Below, piece after piece: positions 1 through 10,443 of a stretch of DNA of 64,000 bases. Below the pieces are notes generated by a model. It worked only from the letters and a program-made list of their open reading frames with translations. It was not told the DNA's origin and made no database searches. This stretch comes from Candidatus Bipolaricaulota bacterium (GTDB taxonomy: Bacteria > Bipolaricaulota > Bipolaricaulia > UBA7950 > UBA9294). Position numbers and translations under genes: made by a program. The stretch is taken from the NCBI GenBank assembly GCA_040752575.1, contig JBFMGK010000027.1, forward strand, positions 90,360 to 154,359, in the 5' to 3' direction. Each line of letters begins with the position of its first letter. Position 1 is the stretch's first letter.

Positions 1-86
1 CTTGCGACGCGTCAACATCCGCGGCGAGAACGCAAGAACCCGGCGCCAAAGTGATGCGCATCACCGAACGGCCCGCCGTCGTGCCC

Positions 87-92
87 TATAAT
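87..92 (+). promoter_or_regulatory. Putative -10 element (TATAAT) upstream of the giant surface-protein gene
   Basis: Perfect TATAAT at 87-92 in high-GC intergenic DNA, ~170 nt before ATG 260; no convincing -35. Confidence 0.5.
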
Positions 93-104
93 GGGTTCGG
101 ATGC

Positions 105-216
105 CTCCGTGATTGGGTTCCCGGCTTGCTGATCAGGATTCCGTGCGATCCTTCGCGCGGGGAACCGAATCTGGTAGAATCCACGGGGAGCGGGCCGATC
201 GGCGAGGTGCCCGTTC
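105..216 (+). ncRNA. Candidate structured 5' leader RNA (family unassigned)
   Basis: Nested stems: CTCCGTG(105-111)/CACGGGG(182-188); GATTGGGTTCCC(111-122)/GGGAACCGAATC(160-171), 11/12 paired; CCGTGCG/CGCGCGG inner stem; GAGCGGGC(188-195)/GCCCGTTC(209-216). Confidence 0.35.
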
Positions 217-259
217 AGGCAGGGGAGTGCGGCAAGGGCTGTCGGCGAGGAGGGAGCCA

Positions 260-3200
260 ATGGTTCGACGGGGCGTTGGGCTGGGTTGGATCTTGCTTTC
301 CGTGTGCCTCTTCTCGCTGGTGGCGGGGGCTACGTGCACGACGATCGGGGTGGCTCCGCAGGACGACGATAGCCACGAGGGCCTCTCGTGGGACAACGGT
401 ATGGGCGGGCGCGTGGCGGAGGATGGTGAATGGGCCAGCACGGATCTGAACGGCGACGAACACGAGTTCGACGACTACCCGTTCACGGGGCTCCTTCCCA
501 TCGGAGCCATAATCACCGGGTTCGAAGTGAGGATCCGCGGTTTCAGTAGCGGCGGCCCGGGCTCCGTCCAGGTTGGCCTCTCCTGGGACGGCGGGGGACA
601 GGTCGACAAGCCGGCCGGCGCTTCTCCTTGGACTGTGTCCCTGCCGACCGGCTCTGGAGCGGATGCGACATGGAATAGCGTCGAGATCGAGAATCCGCCG
701 TTCATCCACGAGTTTGCGCGCGCGGAAGTCTGCGGGGGGAACGAAACATTCACTGTCTGGGTGAAGGCCAACGTGGGCGGCGACGCGATCTACGTCGACG
801 CCGTTGAAGTGCGCGTGACGTACTACGACGAGACGGTTCCGCCGTTCACGCCGAACAACCCCACCCCGTCGAGCAGCAGCCACGTGACGGGCACGTGGTA
901 CAACGCGAGCACCCTGCCCGACCCGATGGTGACCGTCGACTGGACGAGTGCCACCGACCGGCCGACCTGCGACAGCGGGATCGACGGGTATCGTGCCATC
1001 TGGGACACAAGTTCCAGCACGAACCTTGGCGCAAGCGACGGCTTCTTCCTTGATGAGGAAGGAGTCCACTCCCAGGACTTCTCGCTCGGCAACGGCCAGT
1101 ACTGGTTCCACATCCGAAGCGTCGACAACGTGGGCAATCTTGCCGATGCAACGTCCCATCTCGGACCGTTCCGATACGACGACTTGTGGCCGACGAACCC
1201 GAACGTCACGAGCACGAAGTCGACCGGCTGGTCGAACACTGCGATCGTGCCGATCGCGGTGAGCGGCGCGAGCGATACGCTATCGGGGATCGACGGCTTC
1301 GCCATCGCGTGGACTCACTCGGGAACGTGGACACCGGATGGGGCGAAGGACCGCGAGGAGGTCTGGGGTGGCGAGACGTTCACAATGGCTGCCGACGGTC
1401 TCTGGTACTTCCACCTGATCGCGGTCGACAACGCCGGCAACTGGGCGGCGGCGGGGTCGGATGTCGAGACCCTGGGGTGGTTCGGCGTGGACACACACGC
1501 CCCGTCCGATCCGACCGCGACCAGCCCAACTCACATCGAGGGCGGGCGATCGAACAACCCGAATGTGCAGATCGGTGTGAGTGGCGCGAGCGATCCGACG
1601 CACGGCGAGCCGGGGTATGAGATGGCGTCGGGTGTGGACGGATTCTCTGTCGGCTGGGACCACAATGCCGCCGGAGTGCCTGACGCGACGAAGGACGAGG
1701 AACAAGGCTGGCCGGGAACGACGTACAACTTGGCCGACGGCACTTGGTACTTCCACCTTCGGACGGTCGACAACGCCGGCAACTGGACGAGCACCGAGAC
1801 CTTTGGGCCGGTCACCATCGATACGGAAGACCCGACGGTGACGACCGTCGTGGCGAGCGACACGCTGATCACGGATGCAGATACCCCAGGCAATGCGACG
1901 TTCACGATCACGGTGGACTTCTCCGAGCCGATGAACACCGGCATTGCACCGTCGCTGTCGTTCAATCCGGCGGTCGCGACGACGCTGACTCTGGACCTGA
2001 CGTCGGGATGGTCGGACTCCGACACGTATGTCGCGCGCTACGACGTCGCGGACGGGAACGCGCGTCTCTTCGACGTTGCGGTGGACGTGTCCGGCGCGCA
2101 AGACGTCGCTGGGAACGAACAGGAGAACTACGCGCCGCAGATTGAGTTTGAAGTGGACACGCTGAATCCGACGGTGTCGAGCGTCGTAGCGAGCGACGCG
2201 TTGATCTCAGACGCGGACACGCCGGGGGACGCGAGCTTCACGGTTACGATCGACTTCGACGACGCGATGAATACGGGCGTCGTGCCAACGGTGTCGCTCA
2301 ATCCAACCGTCGCGTCGACGTTGAGCCTTGACGGGACGTCGGGATGGGCGGACGCCAACACGTACGTCGCTCGGTACGACACGGCCGACGCGAACGTCGA
2401 CGTGGATAGCGTGACGGTCGACGTCAGCGGAGTGCGGGACGCCGCCGGGAACGATCAACAGGACTACACGCCCGTTCACGAGTTTGCGATCGATACGCTC
2501 AACCCGACGGTGAGCATCGGGGCCAATGACGTGGCGATCTACGACGGCGACGTTGGGGTCGACCGGTTCGTGGTGACGGCGACCTACTCGGAGAGCATGG
2601 ATCCCGCGGTGACGCCGTCGCTGGTCTTCCTCCCGGGGATGGCGACAACGTTCACGAACCCGAGTGGGGCGTGGAGCGTCGGCAACACCGTCTACACGTG
2701 GACATATGACGTCGTTGACGACGGTGCAGCCGTGGCGGACATCGACCTCATGGTGTCCGGCGCAGCGGACGTTGCGGGAAACACCCAGATCCTATCCGTC
2801 CGCTCGGACTACATCGACGTGGACTTGCGGAATCCGACGGTCGTGATTGCCGCGAACGATGTGGCGATCTACGACGGTGACGTTGGGGTCGACCGGTTTG
2901 CCGTGACGGCGACGTTCTCCGAAGCGATGAATCCGGCGGTCGTGCCGACGCTGACGTTTACGCCGGCGGTCGCGACGACGTTGACGAACCCGAGTGGGGC
3001 GTGGAGCGTCGGCAACACTGTCTACACGTGGACGTACGACGTGTCCGACGCGGGCGTGACCGTGGCGGATGTGGACGTGACAACCTCCGGCGGACAGGAC
3101 GTAGCGGGCAATGTCCAGGTCTCGAACACGAACACGGACTATGTGGACATCGATACGCAGAATCCCACGGTGGCGAGCGTTGTGGCGAGCGATACGCTGA

Positions 3201-5929
3201 TCACGGACGCGGATACGCCAGGCGACGCGACGTTCACGATCACGGTCGACTTCTCCGAGGCGATGAACACCGGGATTGCGCCGACGGTATCGTTCAGCCC
3301 GGTCGTGGCGCCGACCCTGACGCTGGATGGAACCTCGGGATGGGCGGACGCCGACACGTACGTGGCGCGCTACGACGTCGCGGACGGGAACGTTGACGTC
3401 AACGATGTTGCCGTCGACGTCGCCGGCGCGCAGGATGCGGCCGGGAACGGGCAGCAAGACTACGCGGCGCAGAACGAGTTTGGGATCGACACATTGAATC
3501 CTACGGTGACGAGCGTGACGGCCAGCGACACGCTGATTGCCGACGCGGACGCAGGACAGACGCGCTATGTGACGGCCAACTTCAGCGAGGCCATGGATCA
3601 AGCCGTAACGCCAGTTTTCACTTTCGCTCCGGATGTGGCCTCGACGTTGACGCACACTGGAGGATTGTGGCAGACGACGACGCGCTACCGGGCGTCGTAT
3701 CTGGCCGTCGATGCAGGCGTGGACGTCGACAGTGTGACGGTCGATGTGACGGGAACGAGAGACGAAGCCGGCAACGCCCAACAGGACTACGCGCCGCAGA
3801 ACGAGTTCGCGATCGACACACTGAATCCCACGGTTCTCAGCATCGCGCTGAGCGACAACCTGATCACCGATGCTGACGTCGGCGGAACGTTCACGGTGAC
3901 GATCGACTACAGCGAGCCGATGCAGTCGGGCGTGGCGCCGACCGTGGTCTTTGACCCGGCGCTCGACACGACATTCTCGCTCCTTCTGACAAGCGGCTGG
4001 TCTGACGGCGACACCTACGTCGCGCGATACGCGGTTCTCGACGGCAACGTCACCGTGGACGATGACGACGTGCAGGTGTCGGCGGCAAGGGACTTGGCTG
4101 GCAACGTGCAGATCCCGTCGAGCCTCGACAACGACCTCGACATCGACACCGAGAACCCGATCATCAGCAACTTCGTTGTCACGGGTGGGCCGGTGGGCAC
4201 GAAGAACGGAAACGACTGCGTGCGTGAGGTCACGTTCGTCGCTACGGTGACCGATCCGAACGGCCGCATGGATCCGGGGGACATCGTGATCACGAGCGCG
4301 ACGGTGCCCGCGGGCAATGCGCAGATCGGCGTGCCCTACGACGTGGTTCGCACGGCCGTCGACGTAGATGAAGCGACGATCGAAGGCGTCGTCGACGTGT
4401 ACGACCTGACAGGCTGTCCGGCCTTCCCGCGGATCGTCCTCGATGCGACGGACCTCGTCGGCAACGAGGCAGCCCAAGCGTGGGCGGAGGACGACGTCTA
4501 CGATCTCGTGATCCCGACGATCAACGACTTCACGTTCCACACGGACGATACGTACACGACGACGACCGACGAGTACGAGGTCGACGGGTGCTGTGTGACG
4601 ACCGTCTACTTCTCGGCGAACGTCACGGACAACTGCTGCATCGACGACGGCAACGTTTCGGTCTCGGTTTCGCTGCCGACTCTGAATGCGATCCTTGAGA
4701 ACGTTTGGTGGGAGCCCACGCAGGCGGGGCAGAAACGCGTCGACCTTGTCGGGCACGCCGACGTTCGCTGCGTGACGTCGTGCCCCGCGCGTGTCGAGGT
4801 CGTGATCACGGCCCATGATTGCTGCGGCAACGACGCCGTGCCCGTCACGTCGGGCGCAGGCACGGGGCTCGTGTACGATCGGATGGCTCCGGAGCCCAGC
4901 AACGACCCCGACGGCTACGAGGCGTCGCGCTGTGACGGACTCGAGGTGCGACGCGACAACGATGGTCAGTATCGCCTGATGATTCGCGAGAACACGCCGA
5001 CGTACATCGATGTGCTCTGCAACGACACCGACAACTGCTCGCGTTGCGCGTGCTGCGGAACCCTCTGGATCCACGACATCGTCGAGTATCCGGAGTACGC
5101 CACGTTGACGATCGTCGACGACGAAGGAGACTGCTCCGGGGGAACGAGCCTGCGGTTCGCGCCGGATCGCGGCTATCTAGGCCCCGACCGGTTCACCTAC
5201 CGGATCGTCGATGCGTGCGGGAACATTTCGGACACGGCGACCGCCTACACGGAGACGATCCGCGAGGTGGACGTCGAGGATGTTTTCGCGGTCGGGTGCG
5301 CCGCGAGCGCCATCCGAATCACGGTCGAAGCGACGGACCTGTGGGTCGACCCCGGGTCGCCGGACCTGATCCCATTCGGGTTCTCCATCCTGCAGGATCC
5401 CGCGCACGGGTTGCTCTGGATCGACCCGGCGAGCCTGCGCTACACACCGCCCAGCACGACGGTCGACCCGTTGTACGGCGTAGTCCCCACGATGACGTTC
5501 ACGGAGTCGGCCGCGATCGACCTTGTCTACACGCCGGCGGCGGATTTCGAGGGGAGAGATGCCTTTCGCGTGCTGTTCAGCGATCCCTACGGCGGACGTA
5601 CGGTGGGGCGCGTCGACGTAGCCGTGACGCCGTGCGGATCGGGCGAGGGAACCATGCCGGGGCTGGAGGTGTCGCGCGGGCGGTCGCTGGCCCTCATCAT
5701 GCCGTTGAGCTTCGATCCCAACCGCGAGAGTGGCATCCTCCTGGTCTCCTTGGAGGACGGCATGCCGTTCGCGGCGGGGGTCGAGACAACCTGGAGCGAA
5801 CGGGTGGGCCGGACGATGGTCTGGGTGGACGCGTCCGAGGTTCCGGAGGGAGACTATCGGCTGGAGCTGCCTCTTGGCAACGGCGAGGTCGTAAGCGTTA
5901 CGATCGCGGTGGTAGGGGAGGGCGAATGA
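260..5929 (+). CDS. Giant secreted Ig-like repeat surface protein / adhesin (~1,889 aa)
   Basis: ATG 260 follows GGAGG (249-253); hydrophobic signal-like N-terminus; 3 repeats with [W/Y]-[Y/W]-FHxxxVDNxGN; 7 Ig-like repeats delimited by DTxNPTV with D(A/V)AGN motifs; cadherin/tandem-95-like domains (GPDRFTYRIVD, YTPAADFEGRDAF); very acidic, Thr/Val/Asp-rich. Confidence 0.9.
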   Translation: MVRRGVGLGWILLSVCLFSLVAGATCTTIGVAPQDDDSHEGLSWDNGMGGRVAEDGEWASTDLNGDEHEFDDYPFTGLLPIGAIITGFEVRIRGFSSGGPGSVQVGLSWDGGGQVDKPAGASPWTVSLPTGSGADATWNSVEIENPPFIHEFARAEVCGGNETFTVWVKANVGGDAIYVDAVEVRVTYYDETVPPFTPNNPTPSSSSHVTGTWYNASTLPDPMVTVDWTSATDRPTCDSGIDGYRAIWDTSSSTNLGASDGFFLDEEGVHSQDFSLGNGQYWFHIRSVDNVGNLADATSHLGPFRYDDLWPTNPNVTSTKSTGWSNTAIVPIAVSGASDTLSGIDGFAIAWTHSGTWTPDGAKDREEVWGGETFTMAADGLWYFHLIAVDNAGNWAAAGSDVETLGWFGVDTHAPSDPTATSPTHIEGGRSNNPNVQIGVSGASDPTHGEPGYEMASGVDGFSVGWDHNAAGVPDATKDEEQGWPGTTYNLADGTWYFHLRTVDNAGNWTSTETFGPVTIDTEDPTVTTVVASDTLITDADTPGNATFTITVDFSEPMNTGIAPSLSFNPAVATTLTLDLTSGWSDSDTYVARYDVADGNARLFDVAVDVSGAQDVAGNEQENYAPQIEFEVDTLNPTVSSVVASDALISDADTPGDASFTVTIDFDDAMNTGVVPTVSLNPTVASTLSLDGTSGWADANTYVARYDTADANVDVDSVTVDVSGVRDAAGNDQQDYTPVHEFAIDTLNPTVSIGANDVAIYDGDVGVDRFVVTATYSESMDPAVTPSLVFLPGMATTFTNPSGAWSVGNTVYTWTYDVVDDGAAVADIDLMVSGAADVAGNTQILSVRSDYIDVDLRNPTVVIAANDVAIYDGDVGVDRFAVTATFSEAMNPAVVPTLTFTPAVATTLTNPSGAWSVGNTVYTWTYDVSDAGVTVADVDVTTSGGQDVAGNVQVSNTNTDYVDIDTQNPTVASVVASDTLITDADTPGDATFTITVDFSEAMNTGIAPTVSFSPVVAPTLTLDGTSGWADADTYVARYDVADGNVDVNDVAVDVAGAQDAAGNGQQDYAAQNEFGIDTLNPTVTSVTASDTLIADADAGQTRYVTANFSEAMDQAVTPVFTFAPDVASTLTHTGGLWQTTTRYRASYLAVDAGVDVDSVTVDVTGTRDEAGNAQQDYAPQNEFAIDTLNPTVLSIALSDNLITDADVGGTFTVTIDYSEPMQSGVAPTVVFDPALDTTFSLLLTSGWSDGDTYVARYAVLDGNVTVDDDDVQVSAARDLAGNVQIPSSLDNDLDIDTENPIISNFVVTGGPVGTKNGNDCVREVTFVATVTDPNGRMDPGDIVITSATVPAGNAQIGVPYDVVRTAVDVDEATIEGVVDVYDLTGCPAFPRIVLDATDLVGNEAAQAWAEDDVYDLVIPTINDFTFHTDDTYTTTTDEYEVDGCCVTTVYFSANVTDNCCIDDGNVSVSVSLPTLNAILENVWWEPTQAGQKRVDLVGHADVRCVTSCPARVEVVITAHDCCGNDAVPVTSGAGTGLVYDRMAPEPSNDPDGYEASRCDGLEVRRDNDGQYRLMIRENTPTYIDVLCNDTDNCSRCACCGTLWIHDIVEYPEYATLTIVDDEGDCSGGTSLRFAPDRGYLGPDRFTYRIVDACGNISDTATAYTETIREVDVEDVFAVGCAASAIRITVEATDLWVDPGSPDLIPFGFSILQDPAHGLLWIDPASLRYTPPSTTVDPLYGVVPTMTFTESAAIDLVYTPAADFEGRDAFRVLFSDPYGGRTVGRVDVAVTPCGSGEGTMPGLEVSRGRSLALIMPLSFDPNRESGILLVSLEDGMPFAAGVETTWSERVGRTMVWVDASEVPEGDYRLELPLGNGEVVSVTIAVVGEGE
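1820..4144 (+). repeat. Seven tandem 327-336-bp intragenic Ig-domain repeats
   Basis: Unit starts at 1820, 2156, 2492, 2822, 3152, 3488, 3815; near-identical DNA such as ACGAACCCGAGTGGGGCGTGGAGCGTCGGCAACAC at 2654 and 2984. Confidence 0.9.
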
Positions 5930-7419
5930 ACCGCTGGGTGAAATGGGCCGTGTTGTTTGTCGCCTTGGGATGCGTCAGGTGCAACGCACTGGCGAACCAG
6001 ACCCCCGAGCTACCCGACGCTGTCGTGACGGTCGTACAGGACCGTCCCGAACTTGTGCGCATGGCCGCGAGCGATGCGGACCTCGACCCCATGGATCCCC
6101 AAGCTCACCCGTTGCGGTTCGTACTTCTCGAGGGTCCGACTCACGGGGCGCTGGTCGGAGACCTCGACGCCGTTTCGTACGCCCCCCCGCACGAGGCGTG
6201 GATTGAGCTGACCTACGTCCCGGCAGCCGCGTTCGTCGGAAGGGATGCCTGGACCCTTGTCGTTGTCGATTCGCTGGGTGCGGCGTCTCGCGTCGCCACG
6301 ATCGCGGTCGACGTCGTCAGAGGGCGTGCCGAAGGTCTTCTCGCCGGGACGTGGGATGCCGAGTTCACGTTCAACGTGCAGTCGGCGTCGCTGGTCGCGC
6401 TGAGCCAGCGGATCACCGAGGTCTACCGCGTGGGCGGTCTCACGCTGAGCGGGACGGCGCAGTTCAACCTCGAATCTCCCGGAGGGGTCCAGACGGTAGT
6501 CTTTGACGCGCTGCGGTTCGACTCCGATCTACGCGTAGGCGACCTTGATGCGCGGGCTACCCTGGCTTTCGATCCCCAAGGCGCGAGCGCAGCGGACCTC
6601 TTCGACTACTTGTCGACGAACCTCTCGGCCGAGTTTCTGGGTGTCTCGCTCGCGCACTCGCTCTTCCTCACTCGTCCGCAAACGGCGTCCTATCAGACGC
6701 TCACAGCGTCGGCCGTCCTCTTGGGCGTCAGTGTCTCAAGTACGGTTCGGCTGGCCCTCGACGATGCGTGCGGCTTCGTGTTCTCGCGGAGCGATCTCGG
6801 GGCATCGTGGGCTTGGTGCGACGTTGGGCTGCACGCGGCCCTAGGCTTCGCCGACACGGGATTCGACGTTCTGAGGTTTTCCGCCTATGGAATCGCGCTT
6901 CCCGAGGTGGCGTGGCTTCCCCGTGCCGTCACGTTGAACGCGACGCTGACCTTCGCCGTCGACCAGAAGTCCCTCGACGGTGAACTGGAGTGGACCCCGA
7001 TTCGTGGCGCGTGCCTGCGTCTGTTGGCGGAGCTGGTCACATCGGGTGGAGGCCTCATCGGCGAGGGCGTGACACTGTATGGCCTGGTTCTCGATTGCCA
7101 AATCGGCGACGTGCGCGTGCGCTCCGCGACGTCGCTCGATCCGGGGAAGAACGCCGAGGTCACGGGCCAGATCGACTACTTCGAGTCCCTCACGATCTCC
7201 GGAACGCTCACATCCTGTTGTGGCATCCCCGGGACGTGGAGCGTGGCGACGTACTTTGCCCACGCTTCGACGCAGTTGTTCGACTGGGGCATGCTGCTTG
7301 CGAAGGCCGACGTCGCTCTTTCCGAGCACGTCAGCTTCCGCCTCGACGTAGTCTTCCGATCGGGCGACTTCGGCGATCCGACGTCGGAGTTCACGGTAGG
7401 GTGGGCCGTGCGCTGGTAG
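5926..7419 (+). CDS. Signal peptide + Ig/cadherin-like domain + predicted outer-membrane beta-barrel (~497 aa)
   Basis: ATGA overlap with the upstream stop; signal peptide MNRWVKWAVLFVALG; many alternating amphipathic strands; ends FTVGWAVRW with a terminal aromatic residue (beta-signal-like). Confidence 0.75.
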   Translation: MNRWVKWAVLFVALGCVRCNALANQTPELPDAVVTVVQDRPELVRMAASDADLDPMDPQAHPLRFVLLEGPTHGALVGDLDAVSYAPPHEAWIELTYVPAAAFVGRDAWTLVVVDSLGAASRVATIAVDVVRGRAEGLLAGTWDAEFTFNVQSASLVALSQRITEVYRVGGLTLSGTAQFNLESPGGVQTVVFDALRFDSDLRVGDLDARATLAFDPQGASAADLFDYLSTNLSAEFLGVSLAHSLFLTRPQTASYQTLTASAVLLGVSVSSTVRLALDDACGFVFSRSDLGASWAWCDVGLHAALGFADTGFDVLRFSAYGIALPEVAWLPRAVTLNATLTFAVDQKSLDGELEWTPIRGACLRLLAELVTSGGGLIGEGVTLYGLVLDCQIGDVRVRSATSLDPGKNAEVTGQIDYFESLTISGTLTSCCGIPGTWSVATYFAHASTQLFDWGMLLAKADVALSEHVSFRLDVVFRSGDFGDPTSEFTVGWAVRW

Positions 7420-8102
7420 TGGCGCCGTCCGCCTCGCGATCGAGAAGCCAAATCGGGTCGCCACCCGCGGGGCGGACGCGAGATGCAGGCAGGTCCTCAC
7501 CGTCGCGTAGCCGCCGCACGACGCTCGCTTTCTCTGCCCCGACGACGAGGAAGACGACGCTCTCCGTGGCATCCAGGCGAGGGATCGTCAGCGTGACGCG
7601 CCACTCAGGCTCCGCCGGAGCATGCACGGGCAGCACGAACCTGCGCTCCTCGCGCAAAGCCTGCTGCCGCGGGAACAGCGACGCGGTGTGGCCGTCGGTT
7701 CCGACGCCCAGGAAGCACAGATCGAGGCGCTCGCCGGCGCCGAGCAGGCACCGCAGATCCTGCTCCGCCCGGTCCGCTGCGTCGACCGGGTCAAGCTCGC
7801 CGAGGAACCGATGGACGTTTTGGCGCGGGATCGGGACCTCGTCGAGGAGAGCGCGGCGGATGGCCCCGAAGTTGCTCTGTGGCGAGTCGGCAGGGACGCA
7901 TCGCTCATCGGTAAGCAAGATGTGCGTCGCCTGCCAGTCGATGGGCGACGCAGCAATCCTCCGGTACGCTTCGAGCGGCGTCCGTCCTCCGGCGAGCGCG
8001 ACGATGAAGCGGCCTCGCGCGGCAATGGCGCGGCGGGCGCAGTCGACGAACAGGCGGGACGCCTCTTCAGCGACCTGGGGCGGGCCGGGCAGGACGATGG
8101 CG

Positions 8103-8110
<8 letters not shown>
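7391..8110 (-). CDS. pgl: 6-phosphogluconolactonase
   Basis: ALAGGRTP, DERCVP, LGVGTDGHTASLFP, RVTLT motifs; follows zwf. Confidence 0.93.
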
Positions 8111-9522
<1,412 letters not shown>

Positions 9523-9551
<29 letters not shown>

Positions 9552-10443
9552 GTCCCCCAAACTCCCCGCGGAGCGCGGCGACAAGCCTCGCCGCGAAGTC
9601 CTCCCCGTCTCGACTGGCGATCCTTGTGAGGAGCGCGCCCGTGATGATCGGGGCGGCCACGTCGGCGGCGATGGCCTCGGCGACCGTCCACCGCCCCTCG
9701 CCGCTGTCCGCGACCCACGGCGCGACGCTGGAGAGCGCCGGGTCGCGCGACAGCGCGCCGACGACGAGTTCGAGAAGCCACGACCGGACGACGCTTCCGC
9801 GCCCCCACAGGTCCGCAATGGACCGAAGGTCCAGGTCGAACTCGCGCTTCTTCCGCAGAAGGGCGAACCCCTCGGCGTAGGCCTGCATCAGGCCGTATTC
9901 GATGCCGTTGTGGACCATCTTCACAAAGTGGCCCGCTCCGGAGGGGCCGACGCGGCGCCAGCCGAGGCGGCCGCCTGCCGCCAGCGCGTCGAACCACGGA
10001 GAGAGAGGATCGACGTCCTCCTTTCGGCCCCCGACCATGAGGCAGTATCCCTGGCTCTCGCCGGCGACTCCTCCGCTTGTCCCCACGTCGACGAAGCCGA
10101 CCCCGCGAGCCGCGAGGGCCGCGTGGCGAGCCTGGGAGTCGCGGTAGAACGAGTTTCCACCGTCAACGACGACATCGCCCGGGGAGAGGAGGGGTCCCAG
10201 GTGAGTCGTCGCGGCATCGGTTGGCTCGCCGGCGGGGAGCATGAGCCACACGCAGCGCGGGCTCGGAAGACGAGCCATGACGTCTTCGAGATCCGTGGCC
10301 GGCTCGATGCCCCGTACTTCGGACGCCAAGCGGATGGAGACGTCCGGCGACCGATTCGTGACGACAACGTGGAACCCTGCGCGCGCTGCGCGTCGGGCGA
10401 TGCCGGATCCCATTCTTCCCAGGCCGACCACGGCGTGGTTCAT
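9523..10443 (-). CDS. gnd: 6-phosphogluconate dehydrogenase, decarboxylating (short form)
   Basis: GLGRMG, DGGNS, DVGTSGG, GAGHFVKMVHNGIEYG, DSGEGRWT, FGGH. Confidence 0.94.

Noticed and set aside
105-240. Assignment of the leader to c-di-AMP, FMN or cobalamin riboswitch families
   Set aside because: Only short fragments match; key consensus segments (e.g. CAGCUAAC of ydaO) are absent
113-259. Upstream TTG start for the giant protein
   Set aside because: ATG 260 has an SD and places the signal peptide at the N-terminus
1820-4144. Repeats as a CRISPR array or DGR template/variable pair
   Set aside because: In-frame ~330-bp coding repeats; no spacers, no reverse transcriptase or cas genes, and no evident adenine-specific mismatch pattern
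2792-5074. 760-aa minus-strand ORF (also 215-1159 and 1280-2101)
   Set aside because: Antisense shadow of the giant protein, caused by high-GC codon bias; Arg/Val/His-rich with no motifs
5044-5925. N-terminal extension of the barrel ORF
   Set aside because: Overlaps the giant gene in another frame; ATG 5926 gives ATGA coupling and a signal peptide
7391-7419. Convergent 3' overlaps (also 25545-25550, 35576-35601, 42626-42629, 59088-59091)
   Set aside because: Short tail-to-tail overlaps are ordinary in compact high-GC genomes
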